Shown here one piece after another: positions 9,095 through 19,183 of a stretch of 64,000 nucleotides of DNA; position 1 is the stretch's first letter, and the number at the start of each line of letters is the position of its first letter. The translations under genes were made by a program, and so were the position numbers. This DNA is from Rhizobium sp. Q54 (lineage in GTDB: Bacteria; Pseudomonadota; Alphaproteobacteria; SHVZ01). The notes under the pieces were generated by a model, which was not told where the DNA came from, made no database searches, and was given only the letters and a program-made list of their open reading frames with translations. Where the stretch lies: the NCBI GenBank assembly GCA_945871425.1, contig CAMBVS010000015.1:903-64902 (forward strand), in the 5' to 3' direction.

Positions 9095-10585
9095 ATGCCG
9101 CGCAAGATTTTCGCCGCCTCGGTGATGCATGAGACGCACACCTTCTGCATCACGCCGACAACGCTCGATCGGTTCAAGGAGACCTGCTACCTCCGCGACG
9201 GCGAGATCCCGGCGGCGATGCGGGGAACCCGAGGCGAGTGGGGGGCCGTCTTCGACCTGGCGGACGAGTTCGGCTGGACGCTGGTCCATCCGGTAGCGGC
9301 CTTCGCCCAACCGGCCGGCACCGTCACCGACGAGGCTTTCGAGCATTTTTCGGACCTCATCATCACGAGCCTGAAGCGGTCGCTGCCGGTCGACGGCGTG
9401 CTGCTGCCGTTGCATGGCGCGATGGTGGTCGACAGCTTCGATGACGCGGAGGGCGAACTGCTGGCTCGGATCAGGGCGGTGATCGGCCGCTCGATCCCGG
9501 TCGCCGTCAGCCTCGACCTCCATGCCAATGCCACCGACGGCATGGCGCGTGACGCCGACATCATCACCACCTACCGGACGACGCCGCACACCGACATGTA
9601 CGAGGCGGCCGAACGTGCGGGACGGCTGCTCGAGCGCACCATGCGGGGTGAGATCCGCCCGAAGGTCCACCGTGCCCAGGTGCCGGTGATGTTCGGCATC
9701 GACGAGGGCCGCACCATCGCCGGCTGGGGCCCGATGATCGACATGCTGGCGAAGGTGAGGCAGGCCGAGACCGAGACGCCGGGCGTCCTCGACATCGGCG
9801 TCAATGCCGGCTTCGCCTGGGCCGATACACCGTTCACCGGCCCGACCGTGCTGGTCACCGGCGACGGCAGCGACGCCCGCTATCAGGCGCTGGCCGACCG
9901 ATTGATCCAGCACGCCTGGGACACCCGTGGGGTCTACACCATCGACTTCCTCCCCATCGCCGAGGGCATCCGGATCGCCAAGGAGCCGCGGTCCGGCGCC
10001 GGTCCGCTGCTGATCGGCGACTACACCGACAATCCGGGTGGCGGCGGCCATGGCGACGGCACCAACTTCCTGAAAGCTCTGCTTGAGTCCGATGTCAAGG
10101 ATGCCGTGGTCGGCTGCATCGCCGATCCGGAGTCGGCCCGCATCGGCCGTGCCGCCGGGATCGGCGCCACCGTCACTCTCGATCTCGGCGGCAAGACCGA
10201 CCCGCGCTTCGGCGGCACGTCCTTGCGGGTCACCGGCAAGGTCACGGCGATGGCCGATGGCGTCTACACGAGGAAGGGCAAGTACGCGACCGGCACAGCG
10301 GGCACCATCGGCCCGAGCTTTCTGCTCGATCTCGGCCGCGTGCGGGTGATCGTCTCGTCGATCAAGAGCCAGATCGACGACCGCGAGCAGTTCCGCATGT
10401 TCGGTGTCGTGCCGGAGACCACCAACGTCCTGCTGTGCAAGGCGTCCAACCATTTCCGCGCCGATTTCGAGCCGGTGGCGCGGAAGCTGATCTATGTCGA
10501 CTCAGGCGGGATCGTGTCGCGGAACTTCGCGCAGTTCCCCTATGCCAAGGTGCGTCGGCCGATCTGGCCGCTGGACCCGATCTAG
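9095..10585 (+). CDS. M81 family metallopeptidase (MlrC/microcystinase C-like)
   Basis: Start ATG 9095 (AGGAG upstream). MPRKIFAASVMHETHTF...DGVLLPLHGAMV...SLDLHAN, typical of the DUF1485 + MlrC_C architecture. Confidence 0.85.
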   Translation: MPRKIFAASVMHETHTFCITPTTLDRFKETCYLRDGEIPAAMRGTRGEWGAVFDLADEFGWTLVHPVAAFAQPAGTVTDEAFEHFSDLIITSLKRSLPVDGVLLPLHGAMVVDSFDDAEGELLARIRAVIGRSIPVAVSLDLHANATDGMARDADIITTYRTTPHTDMYEAAERAGRLLERTMRGEIRPKVHRAQVPVMFGIDEGRTIAGWGPMIDMLAKVRQAETETPGVLDIGVNAGFAWADTPFTGPTVLVTGDGSDARYQALADRLIQHAWDTRGVYTIDFLPIAEGIRIAKEPRSGAGPLLIGDYTDNPGGGGHGDGTNFLKALLESDVKDAVVGCIADPESARIGRAAGIGATVTLDLGGKTDPRFGGTSLRVTGKVTAMADGVYTRKGKYATGTAGTIGPSFLLDLGRVRVIVSSIKSQIDDREQFRMFGVVPETTNVLLCKASNHFRADFEPVARKLIYVDSGGIVSRNFAQFPYAKVRRPIWPLDPI

Positions 10586-11562
10586 GCCCTGTCGCGGCGC
10601 GTCGTCGCCTGCTGCAGGCCGCGCAGGTAGCCGATGGTGAAGATGTGGCCCTGGATGCCGTAGCCGGCCGGCATGTCGTCTCCGTCGGTCGCCAGCAGAG
10701 GGGCGTGGTCGGGACGGACGAAACCGTTGAAGCCACGATCCTCGATGGCGGCGACGAGGCCAGGCAGGTCGATGCGGCCCTGGTCGGGGAAGGTCTCGAT
10801 GAAGTCGGCCGGCGGCCCCTCGATGTTGCGGACGTGGACATAGGGAACCCGGTCGGCGAAGCGCTCGAACAAGGCGACGACGTCGACGCCGAGCTCGCCG
10901 AAGCAGCCGGCGCAGAAGGTCAGCGCGTTGGCGGGGCTTGAGGAGAGGGCGAGCAGCCGCTCGAAGCTCTCGACCCGATCCATGATCCGCTCCAACCCGC
11001 AGAGCGGAGACATCGGTGGGTCGTCCGGATGCATCGCCATCTTGACCCCGGCCGCCTCGGCGACCGGCAACACGGCTTCGAGGAAGCGCTCAAGGTTGGT
11101 CCACATCTGGGTACGCGGGATCGCCGCCTCGTCGTGCGGCATGGTCTCGGGACCGACTTCCGAAAGGGCGAAGCGGCTGGTGGGGGCGCCGCCGCGGGTC
11201 GGGACCTCGCTGGTGCGGATCACCATCGCATCTTCGCTGACTTGCGGCATGAAATTGTAGCAGACGACGCCGACGCCGAGATCGCCGAGATATTGGATGA
11301 TGCGCTTGTAACGCTCCGTCTGCGCCTGCCATCCATCCTTGCCCAGCACGATCCGGTCGATCGCCGGCCCGCTCTCGGCGATCCCCCAGGTGAGGCCGAA
11401 GGCGGCATAGCGGTCATGGATCGCCTTCAGCTCCTCGATCGAGTCCGGCAGGTCGTCCATGGCGTAGTGGACGACATGGTCGACGCCGATCTGCTTCATC
11501 GTCCGGAGGTGACGCTCGTTCCCGGTCGTGGCGACCATGGCGAACTTGGTGGACGAGGGCAT
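10582..11562 (-). CDS. Mannonate dehydratase (UxuA)-like TIM-barrel enzyme
   Basis: Track ORF 10582..11814. Start moved to ATG 11562 (MPSSTKFAMV...). UxuA-like stretches include MAMHPDDPP and ...YVHVRNI... Confidence 0.75.
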   Translation of the reverse strand: MPSSTKFAMVATTGNERHLRTMKQIGVDHVVHYAMDDLPDSIEELKAIHDRYAAFGLTWGIAESGPAIDRIVLGKDGWQAQTERYKRIIQYLGDLGVGVVCYNFMPQVSEDAMVIRTSEVPTRGGAPTSRFALSEVGPETMPHDEAAIPRTQMWTNLERFLEAVLPVAEAAGVKMAMHPDDPPMSPLCGLERIMDRVESFERLLALSSSPANALTFCAGCFGELGVDVVALFERFADRVPYVHVRNIEGPPADFIETFPDQGRIDLPGLVAAIEDRGFNGFVRPDHAPLLATDGDDMPAGYGIQGHIFTIGYLRGLQQATTRRDRA

Positions 11563-11756
11563 GACCAGTCTCTCTGTCGGAAGCGCCGACGTCAGAGGCC
11601 GACGTCGTGGAGCGGGCGGCACCAGTCTAGCGCTTCCGCCATGGCGCGGGGGACATCCTCCTTCAGCATGAAACTCTGGCGCCCCGGACGCCCGCGGCTG
11701 AGGGCGAAATCGGCCTCTGCCGCATTTGCTTGATCGCCGCGGACAAGGTCCGGAGA

Positions 11757-12524
11757 ATGACAGGAACGACGACAGCGGGGCACGGGATGAGAAACGACGA
11801 AGTCTGGCAGGCACGGGTTGATTTGGCCGTCATCTGCCGCTGGGCCTACCGCCTCGGATTCCAGAGCGGTGTCGGCAACCATTTCAGCCTGATGGTCCCG
11901 GGATCGGAGGACCGCTTCCTGGTCACGCCCGAGGGATTCTACTGGTCGGAGGTGACAGCCTCCAACCTGGTGGTCTGCGACCTCGACGGCAAGGTCATCG
12001 AGGGACCGAACAAGGTCGATGCGACCGCCTTCTTCCTGCATGCGCCGGTGCACAAGGCGAATCCGGCGGCCAAATGCGTGCTGCACACGCATATGCCGAG
12101 CACGACCGCGCTCTGCATGATCAAGGGAGCCCGGCTCGAGCCGGCGCACCAGAGCGCGCTCGGTTATGTCGGCCGCACCGCCTATGACGAGCACTATGGC
12201 GGCCTCGCGCTCAGCTGGGAGGAGGGAACGCGGGTTGCAGGCGTCCTTGGCTCCGACAACCACACCATCCTGCTCCGCAACCACGGACCGTTGGTCGTGG
12301 GACCGACGGCGGCCGAGGCCTTCGTTCGCCTCGAGTTCCTGGAAGAGCTGTGCAAGTGGCAGCTCATGGCGACGCAAACCGGCCGGCCGCTGCAGCAGGT
12401 CGAGCCTGAGGTTCATGCCGATGTCATGCGCCGGGTCGACGAAGGCGGAGCCGGCTACGCCGCCCTCCAGCTCGCCGCGATGAAGCGCGTGCTCGACAAG
12501 CAAGAACCCGACTACAAGAACTGA
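11757..12524 (+). CDS. Class II aldolase/adducin-family protein
   Basis: ...NHFSLMV..., VLHTHMPSTTAL, LLRNHGPLVVG. Start is ambiguous between TTG 11730, ATG 11757 and ATG 11787. Confidence 0.85.
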   Translation: MTGTTTAGHGMRNDEVWQARVDLAVICRWAYRLGFQSGVGNHFSLMVPGSEDRFLVTPEGFYWSEVTASNLVVCDLDGKVIEGPNKVDATAFFLHAPVHKANPAAKCVLHTHMPSTTALCMIKGARLEPAHQSALGYVGRTAYDEHYGGLALSWEEGTRVAGVLGSDNHTILLRNHGPLVVGPTAAEAFVRLEFLEELCKWQLMATQTGRPLQQVEPEVHADVMRRVDEGGAGYAALQLAAMKRVLDKQEPDYKN

Positions 12525-12569
12525 CCTTGCGGTCATTGTCTTCCCGCCCGCCATCCACCGGAGAGACCC

Positions 12570-13442
12570 ATGCGCGCGCGCATTCGTGACACCGAGATCT
12601 ATTTCGATATCGAAGGCGCCGGCCTCGTGCCCGACGGCTCGCGCATGCGCGAGAAGCCGGTGGCCTTCGTCATTCATGGCGGACCCGGCGGCGACCACAC
12701 CGGCTTCAAGCCCGGCATGAGTCCCTTGGCCGAGAAGATGCAGCTGGTCTACTTCGACCACCGCGGCCAGGGCCGTTCGGCCCGGGGCGATACCGCCAAG
12801 TACACCCTGGACGAGAACGTCGAGGACATGGAGGCGCTGCGGCTCCATCTCGGTCTAGGCTCCATCGTCAGCATCGGCACCAGCTATGGCGGCATGGTCG
12901 CCCAGGCGCATGCGGCGCGGTACCCGGCATCGGTCTCGCACCTGATCCTGATCGTCACGGCGTCGCATGCCGGGTTCAACTCGCGCGCCCGCCAGATCGT
13001 CGCCGAGCGCGGCTCGCCCGAGCAGAAGGCGGTCTGCGACGATCTCTGGTCCGGCCGTCTCGATTCAGTCGAGAAGATGCGGCGCTTCTACGAGCTGATG
13101 GGGCCGATGTATTCCAGAAAGTTCGACCCGGTCGCCGCCAAGGCCGGGCGCGATCGCGGTACGTTGTCGCCGGATGCGATGCAGAAAGCCTTTGCGCCCG
13201 GCGGATTCCTGCAGAGCTATGATCTGAGGCCTGAGCTGAAGAACATCACCGCGCCGACTCTGATCCTGGCCGGGCGCCACGATTGGATCTGCCCGCCCGA
13301 ATTCTCCGAGGAGATCCACCGGCTGATTCCCGGCTCCGACCTCCGGATCTTCGAGGAGAGCAGCCACTCCATCCGCGGCGACGAGCCCCAGCTGCTCAAC
13401 GACGCGATCGCCGGCTTTATCGTCTACAAGAACCGGCGCTGA
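12570..13442 (+). CDS. Alpha/beta hydrolase (proline iminopeptidase-like, S33)
   Basis: GGAGAG SD. HGGPGG oxyanion motif, nucleophile elbow GTSYGG, C-terminal ...SSHS... His. Confidence 0.85.
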   Translation: MRARIRDTEIYFDIEGAGLVPDGSRMREKPVAFVIHGGPGGDHTGFKPGMSPLAEKMQLVYFDHRGQGRSARGDTAKYTLDENVEDMEALRLHLGLGSIVSIGTSYGGMVAQAHAARYPASVSHLILIVTASHAGFNSRARQIVAERGSPEQKAVCDDLWSGRLDSVEKMRRFYELMGPMYSRKFDPVAAKAGRDRGTLSPDAMQKAFAPGGFLQSYDLRPELKNITAPTLILAGRHDWICPPEFSEEIHRLIPGSDLRIFEESSHSIRGDEPQLLNDAIAGFIVYKNRR

Positions 13443-13443
13443 C

Positions 13444-14346
13444 TTAGACGGTCTCCGGCCGGCCGGTCGCGATGCTGCGATCGGCCGCGGCGAGGACCTT
13501 GACCACCTCAAGGCCGAAAAGCACGTCGCAGCGGTGTTTCCGCTCGCCCTTCCGGACGTTGGCGGCGAGCTCACCGGCCGCGATGGCCAGGGCTCGCGGC
13601 CGCTCGAAGGTCGGCAGCGGCAGCACGTAGCTCTCGCCGTTCGCCAGCAGGCGATATTCGCTGACGGTCTTCGCCGGGTCGACATGGAGCGCGAGCGAGA
13701 CTTCCGAGACAGCGCCGCTCCGATGCGTCGCGGTGAAGACCGTGATGCGGCCGGGACGGTGCTCCGCCGAGATCCGCGCGACCGGACCGAGGATCGCTAG
13801 AAATGCAGCCAGGACATGCGGGGCGAGGTCCCAGAGCGCGCCGTTGTCCGCCTGACGCCAGACCGATCTCTCATAGGGGCTGCCCGGCAGCAGGGCATCG
13901 GTGTGCTGGGTTACCCGGGCGCCGGTCCAGGAACGGCCGCTCGCCGCCTTGAGCGACTGCTCGAACTCAGGAACGAAACGCCGGGTGAAGAAGACGACCG
14001 TGGAGATCCCGTTCCGCAACGCTGCGGCAGCGATCTTCTCCGCGCTCTCGACCGTCGGCGCGATCGGCTTCTCCAGCAGCAGGTGCTTGCCGGCGTCGGC
14101 GGCGATGCAGGCGAGCTCGGCCTGGACCGCGGGCGGCAGCGAGAGGCTGACCGCATCGACGTCCCTCAGCATGTCCGCGAATCGTGCGAACGCCTTGATC
14201 CCATGCCGGCCGGAGACCTCGGCCAGTGCCGCCGGGCTGCGTCCCCAGACGCCGACGAGCTCGGCCTCCGTCTGTGCCTTAAGGCCGGGGATGTGGACCA
14301 TATTCGCCCAGTGGCCGGTGCCGGCGACGCCGAATCTGAGGGGCAT
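13444..14346 (-). CDS. Gfo/Idh/MocA family oxidoreductase
   Basis: Track ORF 13444..14829. Start moved to ATG 14346 (MPLRFGVAGTGHWA, Rossmann N-terminus). ...LLLEKP... motif. Confidence 0.85.
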   Translation of the reverse strand: MPLRFGVAGTGHWANMVHIPGLKAQTEAELVGVWGRSPAALAEVSGRHGIKAFARFADMLRDVDAVSLSLPPAVQAELACIAADAGKHLLLEKPIAPTVESAEKIAAAALRNGISTVVFFTRRFVPEFEQSLKAASGRSWTGARVTQHTDALLPGSPYERSVWRQADNGALWDLAPHVLAAFLAILGPVARISAEHRPGRITVFTATHRSGAVSEVSLALHVDPAKTVSEYRLLANGESYVLPLPTFERPRALAIAAGELAANVRKGERKHRCDVLFGLEVVKVLAAADRSIATGRPETV

Positions 14347-14369
14347 GTTTTCGTCTCGTGGAATGGCCG

Positions 14370-15136
14370 TCAGACGACGGCGTGCTGCTTCAGGTACGCA
14401 CGATCGAACTCGATGCCATGCCCCGGCCTCGTCGGCGGCGCGTAGTAGCCGTCGACGATCTTGAAGGGGGTGATCAGGGCGCGGAGGTCGGTCAACGAGC
14501 CGCCGTCGATGTTCTCCAGAATATAGCCGTTGGGGAGGCAGCACAGCACCTGCCCTGTCAGCTCCATCATGAATTGCCGGGCCAGCGGTAATTGCCGGGC
14601 CAGCGGTACGTTCCAGCCCTGGTTGGCATCTACAATCACCGGCAGGCGGCCGGCGACCTCGCGCACCCAGGTCAGCCGCTCCACATCCTCGTCGATCTCG
14701 GGCTTGCCCACCTTCATCTTGAAGGCCTTGAACCCATCCGTCTTCCAGCCCTTCACGTGGTCGACCAGCTCCTCGACCGACTTGTTGGGGTTTATGCCGC
14801 TGGCATAGGTCAGCATCTCGTCCCGGCACTTGCCGTCGAGAATTTGGGTCAGCGGCCTGCCGACCTCCTTGGCGAGGAGGTCCCAGAGCGCGATGTCGAT
14901 CGCCGCCAGCGCCGTCGTGGTGAAGCCGCTGGCGCCGAGATCGCGGTCGATCAGCGACTTCAGCGTCAGCCCGCCGACGCCCGAGGTGTGGCTGAAGCCG
15001 GTGCCGGTCAGGCCGGTATCGGTCGTCACGTCGGTGACGATGATCTCGGTATGGGTGACGCGATGGAAGGTGTCGCCCATTCGCCGTACTGGAGCGGCAG
15101 GCACGCGAGCTGCGTGTTGACGGTCGTGATCTTCAC
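14370..15136 (-). pseudogene. Decayed enolase-superfamily (mandelate racemase/muconate lactonizing enzyme) gene
   Basis: The N-terminus VKITTVNTQLACLPLQYGE (GTG 15136, AAGGGGGAA SD) is in a different frame from the body MGDTFHRV...TDTGLTGTG...KMKVGK...VDANQGW. About 120 aa carrying the remaining metal ligands are missing before ...LPNGYILENID... An 18-bp tandem duplication sits at the junction. Confidence 0.75.
14572..14607. repeat. Perfect 18-bp tandem duplication (AATTGCCGGGCCAGCGGT x2)
   Basis: Read directly: 14572-14589 = 14590-14607. It encodes the duplicated PLARQL/PLARQF on the minus strand inside the broken enolase-family gene. Confidence 0.95.
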
Positions 15137-15260
15137 CGCGTTCCCCCTTCGGGACGATTGGCAAGGCGACACCACAGCCAAACCGCCGGGGATGGTCAAT
15201 GCCCTTCGCCCCGGGATCGGTCCGGCGCTATTGTTGCGGCCCACCCGAGAGAGTCCCCCC

Positions 15261-17255
15261 ATGACTGCAACGACGCCGCACCCGCTTTCGCCCGCCGGAA
15301 GCTTCGCCTACCGCAATGCCTCGGACGCTCAGATCACGGCCGACGGCAAGCGGATCTGCTTCATCCGCATGCACCGGGACGAAGCCGCGGACGAGAAGCG
15401 GACGATCCTGATGATCTCGGAAGGTCGCCGCACCTGGACCGAGGTCGCTGGCAGCGAGGGCGTCTCTGCGGTGCGCTGGTCTCCGGACGGCACGCGGGCC
15501 GCCTTCCTTCGCCGGAGCGAGGGCAAGTCCGCGCTCCTCGTTCGCGATGTCGCCGGCGACACCAAGGTCCTGATCGAGACGGCCTCGCTGATGCGCGAGC
15601 TGGCTTGGTCGCCCGACGGAACCCGTCTCGCCTTCCAGATGCGGATCGACGAACCCTTGCCCGACTGGCTCGGCCTGGCGAAGGTGCCGGCAGGCGCAAA
15701 GTGGTCGCCGCCGGTGAAGGTCACCGAGCGGCTGGTCTACCGCCACGACTCCTATGGCGAATGGCCGGAAGGCGGGTTCCACGTGTTCGTCGCCGATGCT
15801 GCCGGCGGCTCGGCGCCCCGGCAGATCACGTCCGGTGTCTGGTGGAACGGCATGCCGCATCTGGTGACGCCCGGCCTCACTTGGTCGGCCGACGGCATCG
15901 AGGTTCTGTTCACCGGTACCCAGAACCCGAATTGGGACCGGACGCCCTCGAACGTCGACATCCATGCCGTGCGCGTCGCCGACGGCACCGTCCGGCAGGT
16001 GACGCGTCACCCCGGCCTGGTCGGCCGGCCGACGCCGTCTCCGGACGGCTGCTGGCTCGCCTACACCGTCGCCGACGAGGGCCGCTTCAGCTTTCGCCGC
16101 CGTTGCCTCTACCTCGCGGCAGCATCAGGCACGGATGCACGGGTGCTCACGGCCGATCTCGACCGCAGCATCGACGACGTCGCCTGGAGCGCCGACGGCG
16201 CCTCGCTGCTGGTGACCTACGACGCCGAGGGGCGCCGCGAGATCGCGCGGGTGTCGCTGAAGGGCGAGGTGACGCCGCTGGTCGACGATGTCGGGCCGAG
16301 CTCGATCGAGATGCCCTATGCCGGCGGCGGCTTCTCGGTCGCGAAAGATGGCACCCTCGCCTATGTGCGATCCGCGATCGACCTGCCGTCTGATGTCGCG
16401 GTGGTACCGCCCTCGGGCAAGCCGGAGACTCTGACTGCGCTGAACGCCGATCTTGCGCGGAGCGCCAACGGCTTCCACGACGCCGAGATGTTCTGGGTCA
16501 CCGGCGGCGAAGGCCGGCAGGTGCAGTGCTGGCTGATGAAGCCGAAGGTGCCTGGCCCGCATCCGATGGTGCTGGAGATCCATGGCGGACCCTATGCGCA
16601 GTACGGCAGCCGTTTCTCGATGAAGTATCAGATGATGGCGGCGGCCGGCTATGCGGTGCTGTTCACCAATCCCTGCGGGTCGACCGGCTATGGCGAGCTC
16701 TTCGCCAATACGTTGCACGACCGCTTTCCCGGGCCGGACTACGACGATCTGATGGCCGCGGTCGACGTGGCGGCGCCGCGGCCGGACATCGACGCCGAGA
16801 ACCTGTTCGTCACCGGCGTCAGCGGAGGCGGCGTGCTCTCGCTCTGGATCGTCACGCATACCCACCGCTTCCGGGCGGCGGTCTCGATCAAGCCGGTCGT
16901 CTCCTGGGAGAGCTGGCTGTTGACCGCCGACATGGGGGCGAGCGGGGGGCTGGTCTGGATGGGTGGCGAATTGCCCTGGGAGAACCCGGGAAAATACCGG
17001 GCGCGCTCGCCGCTCAGCTTTGCCCACATGGCGCGGACGCCGACCATGCTGATGGCCGGAGAGGCGGACTCCCGGACGCCGCCGACCGAGGCGCTGCAGA
17101 TGTATGCGGCCTTCAAGCTGGCGGGCGTCGAGACCGCGCTGGTCCGTTTTCCCAACACCAGCCACTCCTCCTGGGTCATGCGGCCGTCGCTGTTTGCGGC
17201 CGAGGTGTCGTGCATGCTCGGCTGGTTCGAGCGCTTCAGGCAGCGGCGAATCTGA
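15261..17255 (+). CDS. S9 family serine peptidase (prolyl oligopeptidase/acylaminoacyl-peptidase type)
   Basis: Track ORF 14592..17255. Start moved to ATG 15261. Beta-propeller-like N-terminal half (WSPDG repeats). Catalytic GVSGGG, later ...GEADSRTP... and ...NTSHS... Confidence 0.88.
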   Translation: MTATTPHPLSPAGSFAYRNASDAQITADGKRICFIRMHRDEAADEKRTILMISEGRRTWTEVAGSEGVSAVRWSPDGTRAAFLRRSEGKSALLVRDVAGDTKVLIETASLMRELAWSPDGTRLAFQMRIDEPLPDWLGLAKVPAGAKWSPPVKVTERLVYRHDSYGEWPEGGFHVFVADAAGGSAPRQITSGVWWNGMPHLVTPGLTWSADGIEVLFTGTQNPNWDRTPSNVDIHAVRVADGTVRQVTRHPGLVGRPTPSPDGCWLAYTVADEGRFSFRRRCLYLAAASGTDARVLTADLDRSIDDVAWSADGASLLVTYDAEGRREIARVSLKGEVTPLVDDVGPSSIEMPYAGGGFSVAKDGTLAYVRSAIDLPSDVAVVPPSGKPETLTALNADLARSANGFHDAEMFWVTGGEGRQVQCWLMKPKVPGPHPMVLEIHGGPYAQYGSRFSMKYQMMAAAGYAVLFTNPCGSTGYGELFANTLHDRFPGPDYDDLMAAVDVAAPRPDIDAENLFVTGVSGGGVLSLWIVTHTHRFRAAVSIKPVVSWESWLLTADMGASGGLVWMGGELPWENPGKYRARSPLSFAHMARTPTMLMAGEADSRTPPTEALQMYAAFKLAGVETALVRFPNTSHSSWVMRPSLFAAEVSCMLGWFERFRQRRI

Positions 17256-17491
17256 CCAAGGAGACGATCCTGGTCGTCGAGGACGCCCCGGGCGCGCGGG
17301 CCTGGTCTTCTTCTCCAGCGACGGCAGTGCCAGACTCCGGCAAGTGTGGAAATGGCCGATGGCCCTTCGTTTCGGGCGGATGATGCAGAGGGTCGAGTGA
17401 ACCACGGCCGCCGTTCCGTTTTTGCCCGTTCTTTTCGGTCGGCGGCCCGGCGCACCGTCATGATGTAGGCTTGCGAGGAAGGAGCCGTTCC

Positions 17492-18271
17492 ATGACCATA
17501 GAAAACCGCGTCAAGACCAAGCTGGCAGCGGGCAAGCTGGCCGTCGGCCTGACCCTGAGGATCGCCCCCTCGGTCGAAATGACCCTGGTGGCGCGAGAGG
17601 CCGGCTTCGACTGGCTGTTCCTGGACATGGAGCATGGCCCCATGGCTGTACACCATGTCGGCCAGCTTTCGGTCGCCGCGGCCTCGGCCGGCCTGACGCC
17701 GATCGCCCGGGTGACCCATCAGGACCTGGCAACGGCGGCCCGCCTGCTCGATGCCGGCGTCCACGGCCTCATCTTCCCCCATGTCGATACCGCCGAGGAA
17801 GCCAAGGCCGCGGCCGAGGCCTGCCGTTTCGCCCCGGCCGGCAAACGCTCCTATGGCGGCGTGCCGCCGAGCCTTGGCTTCAGGTCGATGCCGGTCGCCG
17901 AGGTGACACGCCAGTCGAACGACCTGACCTTCCTCGTCGTGATGATCGAGACCGCGACGGCCGTCGCCAATGCCGATGCCATCGCCGCGGTGCCGGGAAT
18001 CGACTGCCTTCTCATCGGCAGCAACGACTTGAGTCTCGACATGGGCATTCCCGGAAATTTCGGCGATCCACGCGTGGTCGGCGCCTACGAAGCGGTGATC
18101 GCGGCGTGCAAGCGCCACGGCAAGACTCCGGGCATGGGTGGCATCTACGACACTGTCCACGCCAAGAGGTATGTCGAGATGGGCGCCCGTTTCATCCTCG
18201 GCGGTTCCGACCTCGCGCTCATCGCCGCCGGCGCCAAGGCCCGAGCGGAGTTCTTCTCCACCCTGCTTTGA
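17492..18271 (+). CDS. HpcH/HpaI family aldolase
   Basis: ATG 17492 with GGAAGGAG 8 nt upstream. ...GFDWLFLDMEHGP...GLIFPHVDTAEEA... Confidence 0.85.
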   Translation: MTIENRVKTKLAAGKLAVGLTLRIAPSVEMTLVAREAGFDWLFLDMEHGPMAVHHVGQLSVAAASAGLTPIARVTHQDLATAARLLDAGVHGLIFPHVDTAEEAKAAAEACRFAPAGKRSYGGVPPSLGFRSMPVAEVTRQSNDLTFLVVMIETATAVANADAIAAVPGIDCLLIGSNDLSLDMGIPGNFGDPRVVGAYEAVIAACKRHGKTPGMGGIYDTVHAKRYVEMGARFILGGSDLALIAAGAKARAEFFSTLL

Positions 18272-18291
18272 GGCCGCTCAAGGCGGCATCC

Positions 18292-19170
18292 ATGCCTGCT
18301 CCCTCGTTCTGGACCTCTCTGCCGCCGGTCGCGCATACGGCCGCGTGGATGATCCTCTGCGGCATCTTCTTTTCGATCATGTCGGTGCTGATCCGCATCG
18401 GCTCGGCCGAGCTTCCGGCGACCACGATGATCGTCGCCCGCAACGGGATCGCCTTTCTCTGCCTCGCTCCGTTCCTGTTCCGCCGTGGACTGAAGGTGGT
18501 GCGGGCGCCACGTCCGTTCTTTCTCATGTGGCTCGGCGCAATCCAGGTCCTCTCCAATGTCGGGTGGTTCCTGGCGCTGAAAGTCGTGCCGATCGCGGAT
18601 GCGACCGCCATCAGCTTCCTGACGACGATCATCACGCCGGTGCTCGCCATCTTCTTCTTGCGCGAGCCGCCGCGGCCGGTTCGCTTCATGGCGCTCGCCG
18701 CCGGACTTGTCGGCGCCGTCGTCATCATCCGTCCGGGCTTCCAACAGATCTCGCCGGAAATTCTGATGTTGCTGAGCAATGCGGTGATCTACGCCGGCTT
18801 CGCGCTCATCATCCGCAGCGCCAGCCGCGACCACTCCTCGGAGACGATCGTCTTCTACACTCTGGCTTCGGCGCTGCCCCTGGCGATCGCGATCGCCATC
18901 CCCGACCTTGCCTGGCCGTCCCTGTGGGGCTGGGGAATCCTGCTGGGAATCGGGTTCTGCGCGGGCCTGGGACAGATCACGGCGACGCTGGGCTATGGCT
19001 CCGGCGAAACGTCACTGGTGATGGCGTTCGACTTCCTCAAGTTGCCGATCGCCGCCGCCATCTCGATACTTCTGCTCGGCGAGGCCCCGGACAGATGGAC
19101 CTGGATCGGCGCGGCGGTGATCTTCGCCGCGGCGTGGCTGATGGTCCGCAACGAGACGCGAACAAAGTAA
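18292..19170 (+). CDS. DMT superfamily (EamA-type) transporter
   Basis: Track ORF 18106..19170. Start moved to ATG 18292. About ten hydrophobic helices with two EamA-like halves. Confidence 0.8.
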   Translation: MPAPSFWTSLPPVAHTAAWMILCGIFFSIMSVLIRIGSAELPATTMIVARNGIAFLCLAPFLFRRGLKVVRAPRPFFLMWLGAIQVLSNVGWFLALKVVPIADATAISFLTTIITPVLAIFFLREPPRPVRFMALAAGLVGAVVIIRPGFQQISPEILMLLSNAVIYAGFALIIRSASRDHSSETIVFYTLASALPLAIAIAIPDLAWPSLWGWGILLGIGFCAGLGQITATLGYGSGETSLVMAFDFLKLPIAAAISILLLGEAPDRWTWIGAAVIFAAAWLMVRNETRTK

Positions 19171-19183
19171 GGAGGCGTGTGAG

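Noticed and set aside
17259-17400. Response-regulator-like fragment (KETILVVEDAPGAR...) just after the S9 peptidase gene
   Set aside because: Similarity is limited to about 10 residues (ILVVED). Neither frame continues into a receiver-domain pattern. This is too short to call a gene remnant.
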